A stretch of 64,000 nt of DNA from assembly GCA_938091905.1 (NCBI GenBank), contig CALKOM010000023.1:64001-128000 (forward strand), written 5' to 3'. The DNA is from an uncultured Verrucomicrobiales bacterium (GTDB taxonomy: Bacteria > Verrucomicrobiota > Verrucomicrobiia > Verrucomicrobiales > DEV007). This document shows, piece by piece, positions 29,930 to 38,709 of this stretch (the first letter of the stretch is position 1; each line of letters begins with the position of its first letter). The notes beneath the pieces were generated by a model. The model was not told the DNA's origin. It did no database searches and worked only from the letters and a program-made list of their open reading frames with translations. The position numbers were made by a program, and so were the translations under genes.

Positions 29930-31400
29930 GCTTCTTCCGGCTCATCCAATATTGCAGGGCCAAGGATCCTACAATAAGAATCACGAAAGCGAGTGCCAGT
30001 GGCCGAGCGAAGAAAGGCATTGAGCTTCCTCCAGAATCGATGAGTGCGCGACGTAGATTCCCTCCCACCATGGGGCCAAGGATGAGGCCAATGACTAGCG
30101 GAGCTGCTGGATAGCCTTGTTCTTCCAGAAAGTAGGCGACCACACCAAAGCCGAGCATGAAGCCGACATCCCAGAGACTGTTAGAAAAAGCATAGGCTCC
30201 AATCACGGAGAAAAGCGCCACCATGGGCATGAGAAAAGCTGTCGGAATTCATAAGATATGAGTGGAGACTCGACTTAAAAGAAATCCTAACACCAGCATG
30301 ACAATCGACGCCCGTAACAGAATGGCAGCCATCTGCGGAATAAAGTGAGGCATCTTCTCGACAAGATTCGGTCCAGGAATGGCGTGATTGAGCGACAAGG
30401 CGCCCAACAACATCGTCGCAGGAGGTGATCCAGGAATCCCCAATGTCAGCAACGGAATCAGGGCACCGCCGATGCCGGCGTTGTTGGCCGACTCCGCAGC
30501 GACAAGGCCTTCCATCGAACCCTGACCAAACTTCTCAGGCTCCTTGCTCACCTTCTTTGCCGTGTCCTACGACAGCCACGCCGCGATGTCTTCGCCGACA
30601 CTAGGAATCGAGCCTACCCCCACCCCCAACATGCCAGAACGGATTGCATTGAGAATATTCCCTTTTAGAATTCTCCACTGGGGCAACAACCGAGTGATCT
30701 TGGGGGGGCTTGCCCGCTGATGTCGGACGCATCATCGCTAGAATGATCTAAGGAACCGCAAAGGCATCGAGAAATACTGGGATTGCATTGAAACCATTCG
30801 TCAACTCTGTCGTGCCGAAGGTAAACCGGTGATAGCCATGAATGGCACCGATGCCAATCGTCGCTAAAAGAATGCCCAACAAACCCGCGATCCATCCTTT
30901 GATCGGTGTATCTGCCGCCGTGAGAGAGCCACAGATGAGCCTTCCGAACAGCGCGAGCAGGAAATTCTCCGTCGACTGAAACTTCAAGGCCAACGCACTC
31001 AAGACAGGCACCAGCATTGCAAGCTCCCCAAACACCGTGCCGGCAAAGGACATGATCGTAGCGGTAGCGATGGCTTTTCCACCGCGCCCTTGTTTGCAGA
31101 GCGGGTGCCCTTCCAACGCCGTCGCCGCTCCGGCTGCGGTGCCAGGAACGTTAAGAAGCACGGCCGGGTGACACCCGCCGTAGATTGCTCCGACATACAC
31201 GCCCATCAACGCAACCATCGTCGTTTCCAACGGGAGCTCCAGGGTTGAAGTCGCCGTGGTCAGCAGCGCGATACCTAACGTTGCCGTCAATCCAGGCAAG
31301 GCCCCAAACACAATCCCCATGACAACGGCACCGACGAGCACCAACGCATGGGTAAGGCTTTAGATCTGGCCCAACTGTTGGCCAAAACGTTTCAATTATA
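29907..31400 (-). pseudogene. tctA: Tripartite tricarboxylate transporter TctA, fragmented
   Basis: TctA motifs GALPGLTATLG, GAIYGG..LLNVPGT, AAESANNA..GALIPLLTLGIPG and APLVIGLILGP are spread over three or more ORFs in different frames with stops. Confidence 0.85.
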
Positions 31401-31402
31401 TG

Positions 31403-31594
31403 CTAGGGCAAAGGCACACGTAAGGGTCCACTGAAAAGCGCGGCAACACCCCAAGCAAGCAACACCGCTCCGACCAAGATGGCCACAATCACCCCACGAC
31501 TCGGAAACCGCTCACCAGGCCGATAGAAACCAAGTGCAAAGACACTGAGGAACAGCGCGCTAAATCCAACAAATGGCAGCACTTGCCATTTCAA
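31403..31594 (-). pseudogene. C-terminal remnant of TctB-like small membrane protein
   Basis: Hydrophobic fragment ending LFSGPLRVPLP (TctB-like C-terminus) directly upstream of tctA; no N-terminal half is visible. Confidence 0.55.
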
Positions 31595-31709
31595 TCTGTG
31601 TCTTGCCCAGGGAGGTCAAGACAGCGCTTAGTATCGCAGATGAACCGGCGTATCAGCCACAGCAAAACTATCCTATTCACTTTGAAGGAATCCAATGCCC
31701 CCCCGCCCG

Positions 31710-32144
31710 CTAGCGTGGAACATGGCCCTTCTCGATATCCACGCAATCCCAATATGATTCTCCATAGTCAAAGAAGATCTCGTCACCTGGAAGGATCTCT
31801 TTCATGGCAGAAATCCTTGCCTTCTTCCAGCGAGACGACGTGATGAGCTCCGCGTTTGGCTTCGTTTCGTCGTGATTGACGAAGCGGGTGTAGTTTGCCC
31901 AAGCCCCTTCACCCCAGATCCAGCAATCCTTACAGACCCAAACAAGATACAGCGAGTTGACGTAGGGCTCTGAATTCGCCTCAGCGTCCGTGAGGAGCTT
32001 GCCTGTATATGGCCCGATAGTATCGTTAGGAAGAAGGTGAACTTTTGAAAACAAACCGTCCCCAGCTTCAGGAATGGTCGACTTCTTTACTTCGAAATCG
32101 TCTTCGGTCCACACCGTAGGGGTTTGAGTTCGCTTCCTTGACAT
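31710..32144 (-). CDS. SET domain protein-lysine methyltransferase
   Basis: STIPEAGDGLF, YTRFVNH, GDEIFFDYG SET motifs. Confidence 0.9.
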   Translation of the reverse strand: MSRKRTQTPTVWTEDDFEVKKSTIPEAGDGLFSKVHLLPNDTIGPYTGKLLTDAEANSEPYVNSLYLVWVCKDCWIWGEGAWANYTRFVNHDETKPNAELITSSRWKKARISAMKEILPGDEIFFDYGESYWDCVDIEKGHVPR

Positions 32145-32307
32145 CTCGAAACGGAATTAGCCCCTCACCACACACTTGTCCAAGAAACAACTGAGAATTG
32201 TGTCAGTTTGACAACCATCAGCATTCAACATAAAAGCTAGAGGAGTTTAAAGACAAAAGTTCAATCCGGAACTCTCACAAACACGCTAACACCAAGGCGA
32301 AAGTCGA

Positions 32308-32874
32308 TTAAACCTTCATGATCTCTTTCTCTTTCGCCGAGACCTGTTCGTCGATTTGCTTCACACTGGCATCTGTGAGCCCTTGGATCTCTTTCTCCAA
32401 TCGACGCAAATCATCTTCGGTTATCTCTTTTTCCTTCTCAAGCTTCTTCACCTTGTCAATGCCGTCCTTGCGAACACCTCGCACACGCACACGTGAATCT
32501 TCAGCCATCCCCTTCACCACTTTGACTAAATCTCGGCGTCGCTCCTCTGAAAGTTCTGGAATAGGCAGGCGGATATTCTTGCCATCGACATTCGGATTGA
32601 TCCCAAGCTTGGACTCTTTTAGACCACGCTCGATATCCTGCGTTGTGCTTGGATCAAAGGGCTGCACGACAATCAGCCGCGGCTCTGGCGTGGTGATCAT
32701 GGCAAGCTGCTTCAACTTCATGGACGAGCCATAGCTCGCCACGTGAATATCAATCCCCTCGACAAGCGTCGGCGAAGCCTTGCCCGTTCGGACGCCGGCA
32801 AATTCCTGGACCATGTGGCCCACAGCGTTCTTCATGCCCTCTTCAGTTTCGAGTATTGCGGTATCAGCGTCCAT
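32308..32874 (-). CDS. frr: Ribosome recycling factor
   Basis: VRTGKASP, IRLPIPELSEERRRDLVK, KEKEIMKV; downstream of pyrH. Confidence 0.97.
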   Translation of the reverse strand: MDADTAILETEEGMKNAVGHMVQEFAGVRTGKASPTLVEGIDIHVASYGSSMKLKQLAMITTPEPRLIVVQPFDPSTTQDIERGLKESKLGINPNVDGKNIRLPIPELSEERRRDLVKVVKGMAEDSRVRVRGVRKDGIDKVKKLEKEKEITEDDLRRLEKEIQGLTDASVKQIDEQVSAKEKEIMKV

Positions 32875-32916
32875 GGGTGCAAATAGATTTAAAGGTAGTC
32901 GTGGTGGAAAGAAGTT

Positions 32917-33669
32917 TTAGGAATCGGCATACTTCGTCGGCTGGCCAACCAAGGTCCCGATGGGATCACCAGTGAGAGCTCGACTAATATTGCCAGGTTC
33001 CATCATGTCAAAGACGACAATGGGTTTATCATTGTCCATGCAAAGACTGAAGGCCGTGCTATCGAGCACACCTAAACGCTGAGTCAACGCATCGTAAAAC
33101 GAAATGGTTTCGTAGCGTTTCGCACCAGGATCTTCCGAGGGATCGGCGTCGTAAACCCCATCCACTTTGGTTGCTTTGAGAATGACATCGGCGCCGATCT
33201 CACTTGCTCGTAAAGCAGCCGTTGTGTCCGTGGAGAAGAACGGATTTCCCGTGCCTGCCCCAAAGATCACGACGCGCCCCAACTCAAGATGGCGCATGGC
33301 TTTGCGACGAATGAAAGGCTCGGCCACGTTTTTCATTTCAATGGCCGTCTGCACGCGCGTGGGCACGTCCATCTCCTCTAACATACTCTGCAAGGCCAAT
33401 GAGTTCATCACGGTGGCTAGCATGCCCATGTAATCCGCCGTCGACCGTTCCATGCCTTTGTTGGCCGCCGAAATACCACGCCAGAAATTGCCACCACCCA
33501 CGACAAGGGCGATCTCGATCCCCGACTGGTGGGCCTCCTTGATCTCCGCCGCCATCCTTTCCACGATCGGGGGAGAGATGTTGTCCTGACCACCTGTCCC
33601 GCGAAGCGCTTCCCCACTCAATTTGAGGACCACACGCTTGAAAGATCGTCGGTTGGCGTTGGCTGGCAT
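32917..33669 (-). CDS. pyrH: UMP kinase
   Basis: [50 protein letters not shown]. Confidence 0.97.
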   Translation of the reverse strand: MPANANRRSFKRVVLKLSGEALRGTGGQDNISPPIVERMAAEIKEAHQSGIEIALVVGGGNFWRGISAANKGMERSTADYMGMLATVMNSLALQSMLEEMDVPTRVQTAIEMKNVAEPFIRRKAMRHLELGRVVIFGAGTGNPFFSTDTTAALRASEIGADVILKATKVDGVYDADPSEDPGAKRYETISFYDALTQRLGVLDSTAFSLCMDNDKPIVVFDMMEPGNISRALTGDPIGTLVGQPTKYADS

Positions 33670-34034
33670 AGGATTTGCGAGAGTTAAGCAGAAAGCGATC
33701 AACGACTCAACAGGGAAAAGCCGTCCCCAGGGCTCCTTAATGGCCAACACGTCGCCTCCTGACATTTCAGCTGTCGCTAGATCGGCGTCCATATCTCAAC
33801 GAAACCCGGGCGAACGCCTCCTCGCTCCATTATCGATGGTTTTATTACCAATACACGGCGGGAAGCTTAGTGCTCCCTCCATGAGATTCGAAAGTAGATT
33901 TCCTGATAGCATGTCCATCCTGTTCATTCGGTCGCTGCTACGTCACGCTGGAGCGTAATTCTGTTGCAAGCCACACTAACTCATCCTACCCATACTGAGC
34001 TTGTGAAAACTTTCACAAGCCCACCCGAACAACC

Positions 34035-35045
34035 ATGATGATCGCGAATACGGAGCGTTCCAAAGCATGTCTCGAAAGGATCAAGCCTCACCTAAAGCAA
34101 GTCGAAGCCGCCATTCTGGACCAGGCAAACGCCTTCGATCCTGCAGTAGCCGGTTATATTGAGTATTTACTCGATACCGGCGGGAAGCGCCTCCGACCCA
34201 ATCTTGCAATCGTTACAGGTGGCGCCGTCGGCGGTGAGCCAAACGGAGAACACCGCCGCCTCGGCCTTATTCTAGAACTGATTCACATCGCCACCTTGGT
34301 CCATGATGACATCATGGACGGTGCCCAAATGCGCCGTCAGATTCCCACCGCCTCGGCGAAATGGGGGCAGTCGCTTTCTGTGCTTCTTGGCGACGCCCTC
34401 TTCGCACACGCCCTCCAACTCACGTCCGAATTTGAGGATTCTGCCATTCCGAGGCTCATCACCCAAGCTTCCAAGGATGTGTGCACCGGCGAAATCATCC
34501 AGACTCAGCGCCGTTTCGACCTGAGCTTAAGCAAGCAGGACTACTTCAAAATCATAGAAATGAAGACTGGGGCACTTTTCGCTGCCGCAACCGAAGGTGC
34601 TGCACGCATATCTTCGGAGGACCAAGCCACTGCTGACAACCTGCGAGACTACGGCATGAAGCTCGGCACGGCTTACCAGATCTACGATGACAGCCTCGAT
34701 CTTCTCGGAAACGAGGCCGACGCCGGCAAAACCCTCGGCACAGATCTTGAAAAGGGTAAATTGACTCTTCCCGTAATTCACCTTATCGAGAAGGCCACCG
34801 AAACCCAGAAGACCAAGCTCAACAAGCTCATCATCAACCGCGAGCCCCTCGATACTGGTATTCTCGCCGGCATCGCTGACTACGAAGGCGCCATCGAGCG
34901 CAGCCTGCAGGAGGCCCGATTGCTACTGCATGAGGCAACGGACTGCCTGACCGGGCTAGATGACAGCCCCTACAGGGATGGCCTCCTTGGGATCGCAGAA
35001 CACGTCGAGAAACTCGTCGATGGCTGCCAGGTATCTTCCTATTGA
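34035..35045 (+). CDS. Polyprenyl diphosphate synthase (IspB/HepT-like)
   Basis: GGKRLRP, LVHDDIMD (FARM), KTGALF, YQIYDD, GTDLEKGKLTLP. Confidence 0.93.
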   Translation: MMIANTERSKACLERIKPHLKQVEAAILDQANAFDPAVAGYIEYLLDTGGKRLRPNLAIVTGGAVGGEPNGEHRRLGLILELIHIATLVHDDIMDGAQMRRQIPTASAKWGQSLSVLLGDALFAHALQLTSEFEDSAIPRLITQASKDVCTGEIIQTQRRFDLSLSKQDYFKIIEMKTGALFAAATEGAARISSEDQATADNLRDYGMKLGTAYQIYDDSLDLLGNEADAGKTLGTDLEKGKLTLPVIHLIEKATETQKTKLNKLIINREPLDTGILAGIADYEGAIERSLQEARLLLHEATDCLTGLDDSPYRDGLLGIAEHVEKLVDGCQVSSY

Positions 35046-35069
35046 CAAGGGTAGGCGCGTCGATAGGAT
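35042..35069 (+). promoter_or_regulatory. Probable sigma70 promoter of the rpmH operon
   Basis: TTGACA-16 nt-TAGGAT, about 80 nt upstream of rpmH. Confidence 0.55.
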
Positions 35070-35151
35070 GCCGACTCCCTGCGCGTCGCCTGGACTCTAT
35101 CCCGGCACCGTTTGTGGACCTCAAAACGACTTTCCTTAGCCTGCACGCATC

Positions 35152-35334
35152 ATGAAACGGACCTTTCAGCCTTCCAAGAGATCTCGTAAGAACCAGCACG
35201 GTTTCCGTGCACGCATGAGCACCAAGGCCGGTCGCGACATCATTCGCAAACGCCGTCAGAAGGGGCGAAAGCGTCTCATCCCACGCGGCGCGGAAAACGA
35301 TTACAAGCGCCACACCGTTCAGCACGGCCGTTAA
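35152..35334 (+). CDS. rpmH: 50S ribosomal protein L34
   Basis: [30 protein letters not shown]. Confidence 0.97.
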   Translation: MKRTFQPSKRSRKNQHGFRARMSTKAGRDIIRKRRQKGRKRLIPRGAENDYKRHTVQHGR

Positions 35335-35396
35335 CGCTTTAGGCGTCCTCCTACGGCTGTGTGGTGGCGTTCGTGGAAACGCGATTCCTCGTCCCT

Positions 35397-35771
35397 ATGA
35401 AACGGTGCCATCGCATGAAGAACGGTAGCGACTTTGCTCGTCTCCGTCGCGAAGGCCGCTCTCAAGGCGGGAAATATTTCGTCCTCTCAGTCCTGAACGA
35501 TCCCAAGGCGACCAACGCTGACGGCACTCCCTATCTGGCTGGTCTTATCACGTCGAAGAAAGTCGGCATCGCCGTCGTCCGAAATCGCGTCCGGAGAAGA
35601 CTGCGCGCCATCATCGATCAACTTTCTGATCGAATCGTGCCCGGCACGATGCTTGTCGTGATCGCACGCTACACCGCGCCCAAGGCACACTATCAAGATC
35701 TCGTGGCGGATCTTGAGTTGCTCGCAAAACGGGCTGGCATTCTCACGAAACTTCCTAGCACGACACCCTAA
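35397..35771 (+). CDS. rnpA: Ribonuclease P protein component
   Basis: [18 protein letters not shown] (RNR motif); position after rpmH. Confidence 0.95.
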   Translation: MKRCHRMKNGSDFARLRREGRSQGGKYFVLSVLNDPKATNADGTPYLAGLITSKKVGIAVVRNRVRRRLRAIIDQLSDRIVPGTMLVVIARYTAPKAHYQDLVADLELLAKRAGILTKLPSTTP

Positions 35772-36037
35772 TGGCACTCGTTATCAAAGTGCTCATTCGA
35801 ATCTATCAGCGCGTACTCTCGCCCATGCTGAAATGGGTTACGACCGGAGACCCTCAAGGGTCCCTCTGTCGTTACGAGCCGACGTGCTCGCATTACTGTG
35901 AGGAAGCGGTCTGTCGTCACGGCGCTTTCAAAGGGCTATGGTACACCTTCCGCCGACTCGCACGCTGTCATCCTTGGGGCGGCCACGGCTACGATCCCGT
36001 ACCGCCCGTTCGTCAGACCTCCTCTTCTACACGCTAA
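35771..36037 (+). CDS. yidD: Membrane protein insertion efficiency factor
   Basis: [31 protein letters not shown]. Confidence 0.96.
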   Translation: MALVIKVLIRIYQRVLSPMLKWVTTGDPQGSLCRYEPTCSHYCEEAVCRHGAFKGLWYTFRRLARCHPWGGHGYDPVPPVRQTSSSTR

Positions 36038-36058
36038 CGTACCTCCCAAATCATTTCT

Positions 36059-37915
36059 ATGGATAAAACCGCCTGGATTGTCGTCACTCTCTGCACCATC
36101 GGCCTCGTTCTTCTCTTCCAGAAGTCCGCCAAAGAAGCATCTGAAGCTCAGGAGTTTGCTGCGGAACAAGCCGAGATTGCCCGAATGGCAGAGGCGGAAG
36201 AGAATCAAGCCGCTGGCGATGCCGAGGACCCTGACGTTGAGGAAGCCGAGGTTCCAGCAGCACCCGTCATTCCTGATAACATCACCCAACTGCCAGCAAG
36301 CGAACTTGTTCTTGAAAACGATGAAGCCAAGTATCAGTTTAGCCAAGTCGGTGGCGGCGTTCAGCACGTTACGCTAAAGAGCCACCGCGCCTTTCCTGAA
36401 GGTCAGGTCGTCCTGAATCAGAACGGCAAGGCCCCCATTGGCGCGCTCACCGGACGAGACGCTCTCATGGCGACTCCGATTGTCTATGAACCCACCGCGG
36501 CTGTTGATGGCAAGATCGTCTTCACTGGGCTGAATCCGGACACAAGGATTCAGATCACCAAGACCTACTCACAAACAGACGATCCTTACACCCTGGATCT
36601 GGTCGTCAAACTCGAGAACAAGAGCGGAGTCAATCACTCCAGCAGCGATTACTACGTCCATACCGGCGCCATCGAGCATATCCATCACAAGGAATTACCC
36701 ATCTACCTTTCCTACAGCTGGTGCGAGGATGGTGAGGCAGACAAAGAGGCCATCAATTGGTTCAACGGCGGCGGCTTCATTTTTAAAGATCCGCCTCAAT
36801 CTGTACTAGAAGCAAATGGAAAGGCCCTGCAATGGGCCGGTCCTATCAATCAGTTCTATGCCAGCCTCATAGTCCCAGACGAGACGCGACCAGGGAGCAC
36901 CTGGGCGCGTCGAAGTCCGGTTACCCTAGCAGACGCCCCAGACGAACCCGAGGGCACCTATCACAGTCTTTACGGGGCCATGAGTTTCCCAGAGATCATG
37001 TTAGCAGATGGCGAGTCCAGCAGCCACAAGTTTAAAATATTCACTGGCCCACGCGAGTTGAAGCGCATGGAAGCTCTCGGTCATAACATGAAACAAGTCA
37101 TGCACTACGACGACATGCCTGTTTTCGGTGGCATGTTCGGCATCATTCCCCTTCTCGCAACCACCTTACTCAAGTTGATGATTTGGCTCGCCGGCATCTT
37201 TGGCAATTGGGGTGTCGCCATCCTGATTGTCACCGCCATCATCCGGATCTGTATCTGGCCTCTCCACGCCAAATCCACCGCTACCATGAAGCGGATGTCC
37301 AAACTCGCCCCCATGATGACCGAGCTAAAGGAGAAGCACGCGGACGACCCGCAGAAGATGCAGCAAGAGACCATGAAGCTCTATCGTGATTATGGGATCA
37401 ATCCTTTGGGCGGTTGTCTTCCTGTCTTCCTTCAGCTCCCCATTTTCCTCAGTTTCTACAAGATGCTACAATCTGCCGTCGAGCTGCGCGACCAACACTT
37501 TCTCTGGGTGAAAGACCTCGCCATGCCGGATGCGATCTATAACTTCGAAAACTTTTCCCTCTTAGGTGTCTCCAGTTTGAATCTGATGCCATTGCTCATG
37601 GCAATCACCATGATCATCCAGATGAAAGTGGGCCCCAAGGCAGGCGACAAGATGCAGCAACGAATCTTCATGTTCATGCCGCTGATCTTTCTCTTCATCT
37701 GCTACAACTTCGCCTCTGCCCTAGCGCTCTACTGGACAGGTCAGAATATCTTTAGTATTGCTCAAACATGGCTCATGAACCGCCGCCCCGAGCCCGAACT
37801 CGTCAAACGCCCGGCCAAGAAGCGCATGTCCCTTCAGGACATGCAAAAAGCTCGCGCTTCCGGTAACAAGCCTGAGAAGAAGACTAAGAAACGCAAACCA
37901 CGTACCGGCGGTTAA
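36059..37915 (+). CDS. yidC: Membrane protein insertase YidC
   Basis: GNWGVAIL, INPLGGCLPVFLQLPIF, FLWVKDLAMPD, ALYW. Confidence 0.97.
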   Translation: MDKTAWIVVTLCTIGLVLLFQKSAKEASEAQEFAAEQAEIARMAEAEENQAAGDAEDPDVEEAEVPAAPVIPDNITQLPASELVLENDEAKYQFSQVGGGVQHVTLKSHRAFPEGQVVLNQNGKAPIGALTGRDALMATPIVYEPTAAVDGKIVFTGLNPDTRIQITKTYSQTDDPYTLDLVVKLENKSGVNHSSSDYYVHTGAIEHIHHKELPIYLSYSWCEDGEADKEAINWFNGGGFIFKDPPQSVLEANGKALQWAGPINQFYASLIVPDETRPGSTWARRSPVTLADAPDEPEGTYHSLYGAMSFPEIMLADGESSSHKFKIFTGPRELKRMEALGHNMKQVMHYDDMPVFGGMFGIIPLLATTLLKLMIWLAGIFGNWGVAILIVTAIIRICIWPLHAKSTATMKRMSKLAPMMTELKEKHADDPQKMQQETMKLYRDYGINPLGGCLPVFLQLPIFLSFYKMLQSAVELRDQHFLWVKDLAMPDAIYNFENFSLLGVSSLNLMPLLMAITMIIQMKVGPKAGDKMQQRIFMFMPLIFLFICYNFASALALYWTGQNIFSIAQTWLMNRRPEPELVKRPAKKRMSLQDMQKARASGNKPEKKTKKRKPRTGG

Positions 37916-37955
37916 TCAAATCACCGAAGCCAACACCCGATCTACCTACCACGCC

Positions 37956-38429
37956 ATGAGTGAATCGACAGAAATCATCAGCAAAGCGAAGGACATTATC
38001 GATACGATGTTAGGTTATCTCGGCTTTGTCGTCCAAGTCGAAGAAGACAACACCCACCCCGGCGGAGGCCTTCACATCTTCACCAAAGAGGCCGAAGTCC
38101 TCATCGGAAAAGACGGCAAACGGCTCGAAGACATTCAGTATCTCATCAACCGGATCGTTCACCAACACTACCCCAAGGCCAAGCGTCTCCGCATCGACAT
38201 CGAGCACTACCGCTCCATGCAAGACGACGCCCTGGTGCAGCGCGTGCAAGAGCACGCTGATAAAGTGCGGCAAACAGGTCGCGCGATCAAGCTCTGGGCG
38301 ATGAACTCCTACCACCGTCGCCTCATCCACAATGCCTTCAAAGAAGATCCCATGATCGATACCTGGAGCCCAAGAGACTCCGCCAAGGTCAAACGGATTA
38401 CCCTTATTCGTAAGAAGACCGACGGCTGA
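37956..38429 (+). CDS. jag: Jag/KhpB-like KH-R3H RNA-binding protein (short form)
   Basis: LIGKDGKRLEDIQYL (KH) and MNSYHRRLIH (R3H); follows yidC. Confidence 0.85.
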   Translation: MSESTEIISKAKDIIDTMLGYLGFVVQVEEDNTHPGGGLHIFTKEAEVLIGKDGKRLEDIQYLINRIVHQHYPKAKRLRIDIEHYRSMQDDALVQRVQEHADKVRQTGRAIKLWAMNSYHRRLIHNAFKEDPMIDTWSPRDSAKVKRITLIRKKTDG

Positions 38430-38709
38430 TTCCGATAGGCAGCTCCGCTCGACCAAGCTCGTGTTCACCTTATCCCCACGATCCAGCTTCGCCGCTTGCT
38501 ACAAATACCAATAATTCGGCGCTTGTTAGTCTCTGCGGAGTATTGATAGGTAAAAGCAGCACCTTGAGGACATTGTAGTTGCGGAGAATACTATCGTGGA
38601 CACCGGAACCGATTGTCTTCAGTTCAGCGGAGAATTCGCAGCTCTCCGATTCGACTCAGAAAGGGTTTCACATTCGAAGGAAGGCCCATAAATTCCACCT
38701 GTAGCTTAC

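Noticed and set aside
35045..35152. oriC next to rpmH
   Set aside because: No dnaA, no DnaA-box cluster and no AT-rich unwinding element are visible; the gap is only about 100 bp.
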